A DNA stretch of 64,000 nt from Chrysomallon squamiferum (GCA_012295275.1 CM022672.1:10354001-10418000); one strand, 5' to 3'; counted from the stretch's first letter, positions 1-14,331 are shown. Numbers and translations are program-made. The notes: generated by a model from the sequence alone, not told the origin.

Positions 1-256
1 ATGCGGGTTTTTTTTATAAATGAATGTATGTGTGTGTGTGTGTGTGTATGTATTGATATATGTATGTATATGTGCGTGCGTGTGTGTGTATGTGCGTATA
101 TATGACCTTATGTGTGTGTAATATGTGTACATAATCTTTAATCAATAATATTGTACTGAGATATTTATTATATTTGTTTTTACAATTTTATTGGTCTTGT
201 TGTTGTTGTTGATATTATTATTATTACCATCATCATCATCATTATCATTATCATCA

Positions 257-287
<31 letters not shown>

Positions 288-356
288 CATCATCATTATC
301 ATCATCATTATTATTATCATCATCATCTTCATTATTATTATTATTATTATTATTAA
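1..356. repeat. (TG/TA)n followed by (ATT/ATC/TTG)n microsatellites
   Basis: Direct reading; explains the poly-N/D and poly-L/S ORFs at 142-402. Confidence 0.95.
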
Positions 357-1056
357 AATTGTTTTTTACTAGGGTATTTTTTCTCTCACTCTCATGAAAC
401 AATCGCTTTTATTAAATTAAGAGCAAATTTTAACTACTGAATTTAAAAAAATAAATAAAAATAACATAAATATTTATATTAAAATGCGACGACAATTCCA
501 TTTCCTTCATTACAAAATGTCTCCTTTCTGTTTCTGCTGGCAGACTCGTCAGTTCTCGATTCAGCCCGCCAAATATGTTTTTTTTTTTTTTTTTTAATTT
601 TGCCACGAAAGATAACTCTTCGTTTACGTTAAATTTCTTGTCTCCCTTCTTGTCCGGCATTCTGGTCACGCGAGTTTTGTCGAGTCTTGTACCCAGATTA
701 AATCAGCTTAACTTTACAAGAATTGTGTAATCTGTTGACACTATTTCATGTTTTCTTTCTGAAACTCAAGCCTCTATGTGAACATTTTAATGAATATTTA
801 AGGAAAAAAGCCGTAATTGTAGATATAATAACTGTCACGCATAAACAGCACTCAATGGCTGCGGTTTTTTTTTTTTTTAAAAGTGTCACAGCGTAAATCC
901 ATCATACTTGACGTCTTCGTTTAATTAAAACTTATACCTCAATGGTGCACGGTGACAGAATATTTCAAAAAAAGAAAATCCTTTAAGCTTTTGTTAGGTG
1001 TTAATAACATTTTTCTTTATACCTGATGTTTGGGGAGTTTTTTGAGAATAAAGATG

Positions 1057-1097
<41 letters not shown>

Positions 1098-1653
1098 TGC
1101 AAAATCGTATCATTTTGAATTATCGTTATCGTTTAATTTTGATTGGGTGATCTTTCATTATTTTTTAATTTAATTTTTTTTTTCATTTTAATTTAATTAA
1201 ATAAAAGTGGTAGTAATAATAAAAATAATAACAACAACAACAATAACAACAACAACAACAACAACAATAATAATAATAATAATAATAATAAAATAAAACC
1301 CGTTTAATTAATATTATTATAATTCGTTGCTTTCTTTATTTTTATTTTTATATATATTACTTTTATTATTATTTTTTTTTGGTTATTTATCTTTTTTTAT
1401 ATTTTTTACAGTGATAAACATGGTCATAATCAACATAATCATCAGTATTATTATTTTTTGTTTAATATTATTATTATCGTTGTTGTTGTCGTTATCATAT
1501 TTGTCAGTTTTGTTATATTTAGTATTAATATTATCATTTTCATCATCATCATCATACTGCTATTGTTGTTATCATCATCACCATTATTAATACTGATATT
1601 ATATTTAATATTATAATTACTACTACAACTACTACTATTACTACTACTACTAC

Positions 1654-1705
<52 letters not shown>

Positions 1706-2004
1706 GTTTTTGTCTGCATGATTGCTATTTTCTTTCTTTTCTTTTCTAAAAAAGAAAGAAAGATCGTATTAAATTTCTGACTGAATGTAACGTATCTATT
1801 GATTTACATTCGAGAACTGGGGTTGCCATTACGACCACGTCTCTATTGTTGCAACAACAGCAGCTGCCACGAAGTTTTTTGTGTGTTTTCTGCTGACTTC
1901 ATGTTGTTTTATTATTATTACTGATGAAGTAGATAGAATAGAAATTAAGATTTGAAAAATATAAAAGCTACCGTAATAAAAACATTTATAAATATAAAAA
2001 GTAA

Positions 2005-2856
2005 ATACGTTCTTTACCCCCTCGCGAATAGCGAAAAACCGCGAATATTGGATGCAGTTTTATAACGTCTATTATGAGATTATATACGGTACTAAATGCT
2101 TCCCAAACACTTTCTAAAGACACTCTTACTCATTAATACAGTAATAATGTAGTAATATTGCATGCAGTTATGTATTTCACTAATGTAGTAATGATAATGT
2201 AAACACATTTTAATTTTGTACTGAAACAATATTTTAATCAGAAAGAAACGTAAGTGCAGGAGGACAGTAACACCGCATAGCATAGTTACCCATACTGTAT
2301 TACTGTACCGTAAAGTCATTTTCTATGCGTACAACATATGTATTAGAATTGACAGAAAGTGGAACAAATTTAAAGGCAAACAGACAGATAAATACAGTAC
2401 GCACAGTTCAGGTAATAATAATACAATTCAGTAATAATATGCAATTAAAAACATTATTAATACACGGTCACAAAAAATTTGCACTGTACATACAGTGTAT
2501 GCATTTATTGTATTGCAATAATAATTGAAAAAATTTGATATTGTTTGTGCTGTCACCAATAATGAATGATAATAAAATGATGATGAAATTTGCAGTGCCA
2601 TACGATGATGATGATAACACTAATGTACAGTATGGCACAGCTTAGCTGCTGCTTTACAGCACTTTAGGTAATTATTCCTACTCTTCAGGCACTTAAAATT
2701 CTATGACCTACAAAAACCCGGTTTACTGAGCATTTGTTTTTATGACGTTATGACGCTAGCCTGGTATACCAGCATACGATGCGATAGGGTTAAGAGCCTA
2801 ACCCGCGAATATGCGGGGCCGCGAATGGGGAACCGCGAATAGGTGAGGGTATACTG
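2005..2856 (+). mobile_element. 5'-truncated non-autonomous pogo/Tigger-type (Tc1/mariner superfamily) MITE
   Basis: Right end ccgcgaatggggaaccgcgaataggtgagggtatactg followed by TA (2857-2858), i.e. a CAGTATACCCTC... TIR. Repeated subterminal cgcgaata motifs at 2023-2047 and 2803-2841. The left TIR itself is missing. Confidence 0.7.
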
Positions 2857-2937
2857 TATATTTATTTTTCATATTTTTGATTTATAAAAACTTGTATAAT
2901 TATTATTAATTAATTTTCCTCAGTTTCTTTAGTACAG

Positions 2938-3011
2938 AAAATAAGTAGATTATTTAGAAAACCAACTCAAAATTATTTATTATTTTGTTATTTTATTTTA
3001 TTTTATTTTAT

Positions 3012-3066
<55 letters not shown>

Positions 3067-3105
3067 GTTATTATTATTTAATTATTCATTCATTCAAGTA
3101 TCTGT

Positions 3106-3149
<44 letters not shown>

Positions 3150-3383
3150 ATTAATTGCGAGTACATATATATTCTATTTTCAATTCGGTATGACGATCAA
3201 ATCATTTCTTTACTATTGTAAAATCAGAAGAAAAAGAAAAAGGCGCTGACATTTATATTTTATATAGAAATTTGTTTTTTCTAATATTTCACTTTGAAAT
3301 CAAAAATATCTTGTTTGTTCGATCTTTTCTGAAAGTTGTGTCAATTATAGCATTCCTTATTAGGAAAACTAAATTGTATACTG

Positions 3384-3445
<62 letters not shown>

Positions 3446-3580
3446 ATTATTATGTTGTAACAGCTGTGATGCTTTTAGAAAGAAAAGTTATTTTTATAAC
3501 CTAATCTTTAAATTATTAAAATAAGTAGATTATTTAGAAAACCAACTCAAAATTATTTATTATTTTGTTATTTTATTTTA

Positions 3581-3585
<5 letters not shown>
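2938..3585 (+). repeat. ~68-bp direct duplication (2938-3005 and 3518-3585)
   Basis: aaaataagtagattatttagaaaaccaactcaaaattatttattattttgttattttatttt occurs twice, 580 bp apart, each running into (ATT)n. Confidence 0.9.
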
Positions 3586-3613
<28 letters not shown>

Positions 3614-3804
3614 CATCATTATTATTATTGTTGTTGTTGTTATTGTTGTTGTTGTTCTTGTTATAATAGTTATTATTATTATCATCATAATAATTATTTG
3701 CATTATTTACTATAACATTATGAAATTTGTTACTGTTATTATTATTATCATCATTAACCACATTATGATTATTATTATTATTATTATTAATGAAATTATT
3801 ATTA

Positions 3805-3851
<47 letters not shown>

Positions 3852-4064
3852 GTAATCATATTCATCGTTGTTATTATCATCATAATAACAATTATTATAA
3901 TTTTTTTAAATGTTTAATGTTGAGTTTTACTTCTTCGATATCTTATTTTCTGTTGGGTTTTTTTCACGGATGAAGTCGTTTGAAAGTAGCTCGTCAGTAA
4001 TCTTAACAACTTTTTACTATAATAATAATAATAATATTAATAATAATAATAATAATAATAATAA

Positions 4065-4103
<39 letters not shown>

Positions 4104-4117
4104 TACCAATAATAACA

Positions 4118-4150
<33 letters not shown>

Positions 4151-4420
4151 TAATAATAAAAATAATATCAGTAATAATAATAACAATAACAATATCAGTA
4201 ATAATAATAATAATTACAACAACAACAACAATAATAATAATAACAATAATAATAAAAATAATAATAGTAGTAGTAATAAGATGTAGAATAAGAATAACAG
4301 AAATTGTAGTAATAACTGCGGCAAAACAAAATAACAACAACAAAAATACTACTACTACTACTACTACTACTCCTAGTAATAATAATAATAATATTAATAA
4401 TAATAATAAAAATAATAACA
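3570..4420. repeat. (ATT)n then (AAT/AAC/ACT)n trinucleotide low-complexity block
   Basis: Direct reading; source of the poly-I/N/L ORFs. Confidence 0.95.
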
Positions 4421-5035
4421 TTAAAACGCATAACCAGATAACTATTTAAATAAGGTTATCAACAAAAACGTGTTCGTGATGTCATGTCAACCGCTTAAAC
4501 ACTCAAGACCTGACAGAGTCGTATCCTGCTGTCGACACAAAACTAAGCTTTACTTCACTTTGTCTGCAGTTTCCATAAACCTAGTCTCCGTATTTCATTC
4601 AAAAATTAACCTAAATATTTATAATTTAAAAAAACCAAGAAAGTAAAAGTGTACGTCACATACAGAGCAATTTATTGAAATTTATTATCTAACTTTACTT
4701 AAAACATATTCTAAATAGAGCAAGTTGATTTTAAAACATTCCTGAGAATAAATCTTATAACTATAACACATTAACCTCTAAAAGTTTCTAATTAAAATGT
4801 TTTAAGTAGCAAATTTTAACTGTAAAAAAAAACTAACATTTAAAAATTACAAATAATAACTGTAAAATATTCTAAACAAAATATTTTGTCTTGCCAGTTT
4901 AACTGTAAAACGTTTTCGTTAAAACATTTTTTAACTATAATAATTTAACTGTAAAACTATTACAATAATTTAACTGTACAATGTATTCTAACGATATGAA
5001 ATTAACTGCAAAATCTTTCAGTTAAACCTTCTGTT

Positions 5036-5850
5036 ATAAATTAACTATAAAGCACTGTATTTAAAATATATTCTATTATGAATTAACTGTGATGCATTGT
5101 ATTTGAAATATATTTTACTATGAATTAATTGTAAAGCACTGTATTTAAAATATATTCTATTATGAATTAATGGTAAAGCACTGTGTTTAAAATGTATTCT
5201 ATTATGAATTAACTGTAAAGCATTGTGTTTAAAATGTATTTTATTATTAATTAACTGTAAAGCACTGTATTTAAAATATATTTTAATATGAATTAACTGT
5301 AAAGCACTGTATTTAAAATATATTCTATTATGAATTAACTGTAAAGCACTGTATTTAAAATATATTCTATTATGAATTAACTGTGATGCATTGTATTTGA
5401 AATATATTTTACTATGAATTAATTGTAAAGCACTGTATTTAAAATATATTCTATTATGAATTAATGGTAAAGCACTGTGTTTAAAATGTATTCTATTATG
5501 AATTAACTGTAAAGCATTGTGTTTAAAATGTATTTTATTATTAATTAACTGTAAAGCACTGTATTTAAAATATATTTTAATATGAATTAACTGTAAAGCA
5601 CTGTATTTAAAATATATTCTATTATGAATTAACTGTAAAGCACTGTATTCAAAAAATATATTTTACTATAAATTAACTATAAAGCACTGTATTTAAAATA
5701 TATTTTATTATGAATTAACTATAAAGCACTGTATTTAAAATGTATTATATTATGAATTAACTATAATGCTCTGTATTTAAAATATATTTTCTATTATAAA
5801 TTAACTGTAAAGCATTGTCTTTGAAATATATTCTATTACGAATTAACTGA
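5036..5850 (+). repeat. 42-bp AT-rich minisatellite, about 19 units, with a 294-bp higher-order duplication
   Basis: Unit tgaattaactgtaaagcactgtatttaaaatatattctatta (starts at 5331, 5373). Diagnostic variants recur at +294 (gatgcattgt 5091/5385; tggtaaagc 5171/5465). Degenerate aactgtaaa units flank it at about 4815-5030. Confidence 0.95.
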
Positions 5851-6038
5851 AACATTCTAGTTAGAAGTATATTATCCGCAAAACATTTTAGAAAAAAAAA
5901 AAAAAAACATATTCTAATTAAAACAAGTTAACTCTGAAATATTCTAGTTAAAATATATTATCCGCAAAACATTTGAACATAAACATATTCATAACAAATT
6001 AACAGTATCACATATTTAATTAATCTCTTTCGTTCCAG

Positions 6039-6152
6039 TAGAAGTTGTCGCTGCCAATATGCCTGAGCTAGTACACATGTCTGCGGGGTTGACGTTGGAC
6101 GCCATAGCCTGTAAAGAAGAGGATGCTGTCGTGGTGGACTATATACTGAAAG
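6039..6152 (+). CDS. Candidate coding exon of an unidentified gene (EVVAANMPELVHMSAGLTLDAIACKEEDAVVVDYILK)
   Basis: Acceptor tctctttcgttccag and strong donor AAG|GTGAGT. 114 nt, open in phase 1-1, GC-rich against the background. Internal AATATG at 6059 could be the start. Confidence 0.6.
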
Positions 6153-6387
6153 GTGAGTGTGGCGTGTTAGTAACAACAACGTGAAGGATCGTTCTGAACA
6201 ACACAGATATTAGCAGTAGAAAATGTCAGCTTCAACGAACAGCGATACAGATTTGCGTTTATGTTCTAAACAGATTAAAGTTTCATTGCATTAAAAATAA
6301 GTTTAACTATTGTAAATGTTGCCAAAGTATTACTTGCAGTTTGGCAATATATATAACGTAAAATGTATCTATCCTACCCCTTCCCGC

Positions 6388-6447
<60 letters not shown>

Positions 6448-7077
6448 ACAATTTCATTACAAAAAAAATTAGTTTAGAATCTTTGTAAACACCGCTAACG
6501 TACTGAATATAATTTGGCGATATAAAATGTAAAATATGTCTTTCCTATACCTTCCCGACCAAAATAGAAAAGAAAAAAAGAAAAAGAAAGAAAAAAAAAA
6601 AAATGCAGTTCAGCAGATCTAATTATTACATTTTCTTATCCTAGATTCGTTATTTGAATCTAAGTGATTTAGTTACTAAAAAGAATAATGATGAGAAATG
6701 TTATGGCTTATACGTGATTGTAGATCTTACCAAACCAATGATATCTTATTTCCATTCAGCTAAATTACTTGATGTCTGAAAGCAGATGGAGAAAACAAAT
6801 GTGTTTTTCCGACTTCGTTTTCTGCTTATTATTATTCAGTATAGATGGACTATTTGTTGTTTCCTTCAATTGCCGTCTTCAAATTGTTTTGCTCATTTTG
6901 TTGTCGTGAAAAGGGAAATCAAAAGTGTTAGAAGCTACGTATCTGTTTTTCATCATTACACCGATTTTTCAGTGTAAAACTAAGATTATTTCACCATAAT
7001 AAATAACTGGAAATGTGGTTATTATTGTAATATATATATATATATATACATAAAATACTGAATTTTAATATATATAT

Positions 7078-7120
<43 letters not shown>

Positions 7121-8137
7121 TTACTTATTTATTTTAGCATAAGCACATTTAACTGTATTTTTAATTCAAACATAATTAATTACATTTCAACATAAACCAC
7201 GAAGATGACGACAATCGGTGATTTTACGAGTTAAACAGAAACGTTATCTGTCGTCACAAATGACATGCATGGTTTACGCTGCAGCATGATCCGGGCTTTT
7301 ATTTAAGTCACTGCAGAGTGTTTTACAGAAGAAACAACGTTTATGAAATAGTTTACAGGCTTTACACAGTTTCCGAAATTTGGATAAAGTTACCAGTATT
7401 CCTGTCAAATGACCTGCGGTATTCTACGTTTGTATAGCATTAAAACAGCAGGAGTTTTTTTTTATACATGCGTTTAATCTGCAGAATTTGTGATAAGATT
7501 CTGTCAACGAAAGAAAGTGCAACTGAACTAGATTGAAAACATGTTGGAAATTAATAAACGCTGAAATAAGCTGTTAATAAAGAGAGAAAAACATTTTAAA
7601 GATAACTGGATAAAAGATATAACATTTTTTTAAATTTATTTATTTATTTATTTTTTAAAGATAGTGAATAGTGAATATATTGTTATGAAAATATTCTTAG
7701 CATTTCTTGTGTCTTTTATTTTAAGTACGAGATAAATTCGTCAGTTTATTAACAAGTGCAAAAAAAATATTTAAATTCAGCTTTTCGTATTGTCTTTTAA
7801 TCTATTTATATTTTTGCCGTCAATGCAGCCGTTAATAAAAACAGAAATAACGAAATGACGTTATTATTTGCAGAGGTTAAAAATAGCCTCTTTGTTTTTT
7901 TTTTTCTTCTTTTCTTCAGATTGCTTTGTCTTTCTTCTTTTTTCTTCACATTTGTAAACATTTACTCACGTGAATTGCTCCGTATTTAGATGTTCAGTAT
8001 TGCTGGCATTTCTTCACAAATCTTTATCGAATTTAAACTGTGATTTCAATGTCAAGGTGCAAATCTTCATTTATAGCGCCTCAGTGGATTTGGGATTTTT
8101 TTTCTAAAAAGTTACTTCATTCATGATCGGTAAGGAC

Positions 8138-8281
<144 letters not shown>

Positions 8282-9157
8282 TCACCGTCCAGCAAAGCCT
8301 TTTAAAACCTGTGAAAATGTTAGCAAACACGTGGATACACGGCATTCATGACATTGAATGTGTTTTCTCTGAATGCGTTTTCACAGCGAGATGTCAAGAC
8401 AGAGAGGAATATCTCTACGAGAGAAGTGTAATATCATACATAACTGACACCAGTGCTGTAATACCCCCACATAAAACTGTGTGTTTTTGCGTAACTTTAT
8501 TTAAAAAAAAAAAATAATAATATTTGTTTATCACCTAAAGGTTTAATATTTGATATTTAAGGGCATGACATTACACTCGGGAATACAGAAAACAATACAA
8601 AGAATAAACAGGATTTCTTTTGTAATATTTAATGTTTTCAATTTTTTCTTTTTTAATATTTTCTACGAGCAGTTTTTATATTTTGTTTCCATAAAAACCT
8701 GAAAAGAAGAGAAGAAGAGAGCTCCCTATCATTAATCCATCCACTTACTCGCGTGATCACACACACACGCACAGACTCAATGACGGGCAAAAAAAAAAAA
8801 AAAATTGTTAAAGGGCCCGAAAGAGCCCATTTAATTCCATAATGTAGTCAGAGGAATCAAATAAAATTAAACGTTTCAAGCAAATAAAATCTTAGACCTA
8901 TTCCCTATTGGTGTAATTATTTATGTTAATTCGTGCATAATACAAATATTAGATAAATTATAATCAAAATTGTAATCTTGTAATAAAAAAAATGAAAGTG
9001 TCAGTCACAGAAAAACCAACCAGAGTAATTTGTAAAGCATAATTAAAAATTGAACATACCTCGTCAAACATTAATCTATTATCTATTGACATAAATTATA
9101 CCATCAAAGGTTGTCTATTGTCTTTTCTCCATTATTTTCAAAACGATGAACCATCAG

Positions 9158-9216
9158 TTTCTGGCACACTAAGAACATTACCCGGTATTCCCCTGGGGCA
9201 GTCCCTTCGCTATTTG
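9158..9216 (+). CDS. Weak candidate internal exon (SGTLRTLPGIPLGQSLRYL)
   Basis: First AG after a pyrimidine tract (9121-9139) and donor TTG|GTGAGC. Open in phase 1 to 0, compatible with the 6152 donor. The acceptor is suboptimal. Confidence 0.3.
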
Positions 9217-9518
9217 GTGAGCAAAGTTGTCACCTGTGCTAATCTCGGGACTAAATGATACTAGACCAAACTTCGTCAGTACTTTCATTTTAATTTTTTT
9301 TTTTTTTTTAATTTTTTTTTTTAAGAAAGGTGATAAAAATTTATAAAATATTGGTTGTTTTCTTTCCGACTGGTGTTGTAAAATCACATTTCAGTGTCAG
9401 GTGTCTCTTTCTCACACGCTAGTAACATGAAGTCGTACATGTGAGTTGTCTTTCTCTCATACACTAGCATTACAACATCATACACCTGGATTAAATGTCT
9501 CTCACACTGTCATTTTAA

Positions 9519-9616
<98 letters not shown>

Positions 9617-10326
9617 GTCGCAAACGTATAAAATCTGTCGTTATAAAATCACATTCCTGTAATTTGCTGTAATAAACTGTCATTATAAAATTAATTTAAC
9701 TGGACTGTTTGTATCTCACTACTATAATGAAGTCATTAGCTGGATTAGCTGTTTCTCACACTAAAATAATTCAACTGGATTAGCTCTCTCATTTACTGTC
9801 TTTATAATTTAAACATTTGCACTGTTTGCCTAGGACGTATATTTGTAGTTATGGTGTTGCTTTGTGACATGGATATCTGTTTTAAATATTAAGCCTGCAA
9901 AACACTCTAACCATGATAACGTCCAGTACACGTTATTTTGCCATCAGCACCATTTCGATAACTCTGGAGCTAAAACAGCACTTAGAAACCTTTGAGAGAA
10001 AATATTTATTTATGACGGCCTCGTTGCATCATGCTTCAGAAAGACAGAAACAGTTCAAATATGAGACAAGCTCTTCAACGCAGTAAATCGTATTTCGAGC
10101 TTATTAACGTAATTCTAGTTTATCTGAGAGAAAACACTGTACGACATGTCTGTCAGAAGTTTAACGTAGCCCCTACGTCATCTTCAAAAACGTAGTTTAC
10201 TTTGTTAGTGCGTAAGCACCAAGTGCTAGACATGCAGTTAGAAACTGAATAAAAGACACGTGTTTTGTTGGGATTATTAAATATATTTTTTCATATAATT
10301 ATTCATCATCATTGTCGTTGTTATTG

Positions 10327-10365
<39 letters not shown>

Positions 10366-10425
10366 TCTTGCTGTTGTTGTTGTTCTTATAGATGTTATTG
10401 TTTATTATTCTTATAGATGTTATTG

Positions 10426-10460
<35 letters not shown>

Positions 10461-10903
10461 CATCATCATCATCATCATTATTACTTAATTTCTTTTGACT
10501 AACGTATTAAGACATCAGAAACAAGATTATTATTTCAGTTCTGTGACCATTTTTAAAATAATTTGATCTGTGAAGGGATAATGAAAATAATTATTATTCA
10601 ACAACAGTACATTGGGAATCTCGAGAAATTCTCATTAACTGAAACGCAAATTGTAACAATATATTCTATCTAGTACTACTATAAATACGTCTGTCTGTCT
10701 GTCTATGTGTGTGTGTAATTATATGTACGTAATTTGTACCTTAAAGTATATATGAATGTTTATAAAAATGAAGATACTAATCACTATAATAACAACAAAA
10801 TAATAATAATAATAATAATAATAATATATGTACGCCTATATGTCTGTATTTGTATGCATTTTGTATCTATGTATGTATGTATACATGTATATATGTCCGT
10901 ATT

Positions 10904-10940
<37 letters not shown>

Positions 10941-11138
10941 GTTGTGTGTTGTGTGTGTGTGATTATGTGTATGTAATCATGTATATATGTTAACTGAATA
11001 TTTGTGTGCTGTTACAACGTGTGTGTGTGTTTCTGTGTGACAGCGTGTGTGTGAGTGTGTGACTATATGAACATGTAGGTATATGTTAATATAATGCGTG
11101 CGCGATCTTGTTATTACTGTCAAATAAATTATAGTAAT

Positions 11139-11580
11139 ACGAGAAAAGTGCTACAGTGTATGTTTATGGATGTACCTGTATTTGTGATGTAGTGATGGAT
11201 ATATGTGTGTGTGTGTGTGTCTGTGTGTGTTTGTGGGGGGGTCTTAAGGTTATCTTTATGTACGACAACACGAGAAAACCGCTACAGTGTATGTATATAT
11301 GTGTTTGTGTGTGTGTAAGTATATGTGTTTCTTTTTTCTTTAAACTTTGGTTTCTCTGCACAGAATAAATCTTTTGCCTTTTACTAGAATATACGTGTTT
11401 ATATATACAGAGTGCGTAGTTTTATGGTAACGATGATATATGACAGCACGAGAAAACTGCTACACGTGTATATGTATATGTGACTTTGCGTGTGTTTGTA
11501 TGTGTGTTTATATGCAGCGATTACAGTTTTACGATGATGTGTGATAACGCGAGAAAACTGTCGCAGCGGTTGAGAAAACT
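11139..11580 (+). repeat. Dispersed cgagaaaa(c)tgctacagtg core repeated 4-5 times, with (TG)/(TA) spacers
   Basis: Cores at about 11139, 11270, 11448, 11549 and a partial one at 11572. Confidence 0.75.
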
Positions 11581-11666
11581 CTCTCTGAGCTAGGTGAATG
11601 AGTACTGCTGTTAGACCTAATATTTGTGTCTCACACAACAACAAACAAATGTTTCTGTTGTCCTAG

Positions 11667-11746
11667 CAGGGTCAGCGAGGACGGGTCTGGCACTGGTCAA
11701 AGTCACGTGGACTCAGCACCGTTCATTAAGGAATAAACTGTTTTGA
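11667..11746 (+). CDS. Weak candidate terminal exon (phase 1: AGSARTGLALVKVTWTQHRSLRNKLF*)
   Basis: Acceptor gtttctgttgtcctag|cag (NAGNAG) and a GC-rich island. All three phases give short open frames, so the frame is uncertain. Confidence 0.3.
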
Positions 11747-12544
11747 GTGGCGTGAAGTTAATGTGCTCTCTGTCTCGTTAGGCGCCAGGATGTTCTTTCA
11801 AACACCCCTCTGAGATGTTGTTGTGATATTCAACGTGATTTTGTTTGTTTATTCAGTTATTTATTTATTATTATCATCAGCAGCATTATTATTATTATTA
11901 TTATTTTTTATTTGTTTGTTTATTATTAAATTATTTTATTTTATCCTTTTTTTTTTTTTTTTTTTTGCACGTTTTTATTATTATTTTTTTTTTTTTTTTT
12001 TTTTTTTTTATTGGTTTATATATTTTTTCATTTGTTTGTTTATTAAATCCTCACACAGTTATGTATTTGCTAACGAAGCGAGGTTTTCTTTCTTTTAATT
12101 ACATATTTAAACATTTAAAATTACATCTCCGATCATATCTCAAAGATATTCATGTTTCGTTGTCTTCGTGCACAAATGCACGCAAGCACTCCAGTCTTCC
12201 TCGTGTTATCACACTGCCAGCGAACACACACTCACTCATTTTAATTAAACTGTTTCGATCTGTGATATTTTTATTACCGACCGAAAAGATGGGGGACGGT
12301 TTTTTTTTTTGCAACGCACAGTCTGTCCCTTTAATGAGCCTAACGATAACTCACAGCACACAGCACACGTTCTTAGATGGTGCACGTTAATAAACATACA
12401 CGTAACGTCAGGCAGCATTTATTTTCATGAAACACCGGGGAACGAATATGCGAAAGCTTAACAACTTCTGAACAGATTTCAAAATTTACACTTTTTTAAA
12501 ATTATTATTTGTTGTGTGTGTTTGTTGTTTTTTTTTTAACGTAC

Positions 12545-12710
12545 ATCATCCCACGAACAAAAGCGGGAAGTGTGTGTGTGTGTGTGTGTCATTGCCTTTG
12601 ATAAATGAACTGTTCAGAAACTGGGATGGAAAGTAATTCTGTGGGAGCATTGAGGAGAATCGATCCGACGACCGATCGCAGCTTGGAAAAACGCTCTGCC
12701 ACCGGGTTAA
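12545..12710 (-). mobile_element. Decayed tRNA-derived SINE, 5' part (Meta/MESC-like core)
   Basis: The minus strand reads taacccggtggcagagcg (A-box-like) ... ggatcgattc (B-box-like) ... tcaaaggc ... gtgggatg, collinear with the other copies in the window. Family name is from recall. Confidence 0.6.
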
Positions 12711-13045
12711 AGTGTCTTCATTGTAATTGGGCAAAATTATGTGTAAAAAGTAATATTTTAATGCAGCTTTAAAGCGGTAATGTACTGACGTCATACAGGT
12801 TTTTTTTTTTTTCGTACAATATACGCAGTCTGAGACAGGAATTAAAATGAAATAAAAACTCCACATCAGCTGTAATTGTGTATTGTGCCATTACTGAACG
12901 AAGCACACCCATAACCCATTAAAAAACAATTTTCATTTTCATTTTTATTTTTTCAATTTACAACCGGTAATTTAACTACACGCAAAATAAAAAATCTTCG
13001 AAAAATTTTAATCATTATTTCATAATGTAGCATTTTATAAAGAAC

Positions 13046-13084
<39 letters not shown>

Positions 13085-13717
13085 CGAGTAACGTTTTGTG
13101 TATAGCATTAAATATTATTCTCAATGTTTAAGAAAACGGTAAAGAAATTTGTTTGAAGGTTAATGATCTTTCTGAAATTTCTGATGATGATTTTGATAAA
13201 GGTTATATGCATCTAGCGATATGAATTTAGTACCTGGCATTGTGACTAATTGCAGGGAATTAATATAATAATCTGTTAATAATCAATTATGTTCATATCA
13301 CGCAAATACAGAGCGACATTAACGCAAAAGTGGAAAATAACTGAATTATCGTTAACTAGTATGTGTAAATCAATGACAAAATTAAATAGGTTTTTAGTTA
13401 TTAACTCTGAAAAGAAAAGAAAAAACTATGACTGGTAGAGAATGAATGCATGGAGAGAACGAACCAATAAAAGGACGAATAAACGAAGGAAAAACGAAGG
13501 AAAGAATGAAAGAAATGACAACACAAAAATGAAGATTATGTTTTATTTTAAAAGCTACTGAAGAAAACTTATAGCAATATATAAAATGATTTCAGTAATA
13601 AATAACACAGGTGACTAATATAACTAAAATCTTCAAATGAAGTATTTCTGTATATTTGTACAGTACATTTATACAATAAAAAGTAAGTTGTGACTCAGTC
13701 GTAGCAATGCAGGGCTG

Positions 13718-13835
13718 TAACAACAATTTTATAAACAGAATTGGTTGACACGAAGTTACACACAAAATTATACAACTGTGACGAACAGATACAAACAGAT
13801 ATATGTGTATATATGTATGTGTGTATGTGTGTGTG

Positions 13836-13897
<62 letters not shown>

Positions 13898-14104
13898 CGT
13901 ACGTACGTATGTATGTATGTATGTACGTACGTATGTATGTCTGTATGTGTGTGTGAATATATATATAAATAGACTTGTGTGCATGTATTTGCGTGTGTGT
14001 GTGTGTGTGTGTATGTATTATAATGACAATTTTATAAACAGAATATGTTGACTCGAAGTAACACAAAAAATTGTATAACTGTGACGAACAGATATATGTG
14101 TGTG

Positions 14105-14137
<33 letters not shown>

Positions 14138-14331
14138 TGTAACGACAATTTTAAAAAAGCAATTAGTCGACTTGAAGTAAGAGGGAAAATCGTACAACTG
14201 CGAAGAATAGATATATATATGTATATTTACGCATGAACTTGTGTGTGTGTGTGTGTATATATTATAATGACAATTTTATAAACAGAACTGGTTGTCTCTA
14301 AGTAACACAAAAGTTGCATAAACTGAAGAAC
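13718..14331 (+). repeat. Four copies of a ~72-bp core separated by variable (TA/TG/TATG)n spacers
   Basis: Core taa(c/t)gacaattttataaacagaa...cgaagtaacac...aactgtgacgaacagat at about 13718, 14021, 14140 and 14265. Confidence 0.9.

Noticed and set aside
9217-9240. GTGAGCAAAGTT matches the first 12 nt of miR-87
   Set aside because: The 3' half diverges and there is no complementary upstream arm to form a pre-miRNA.
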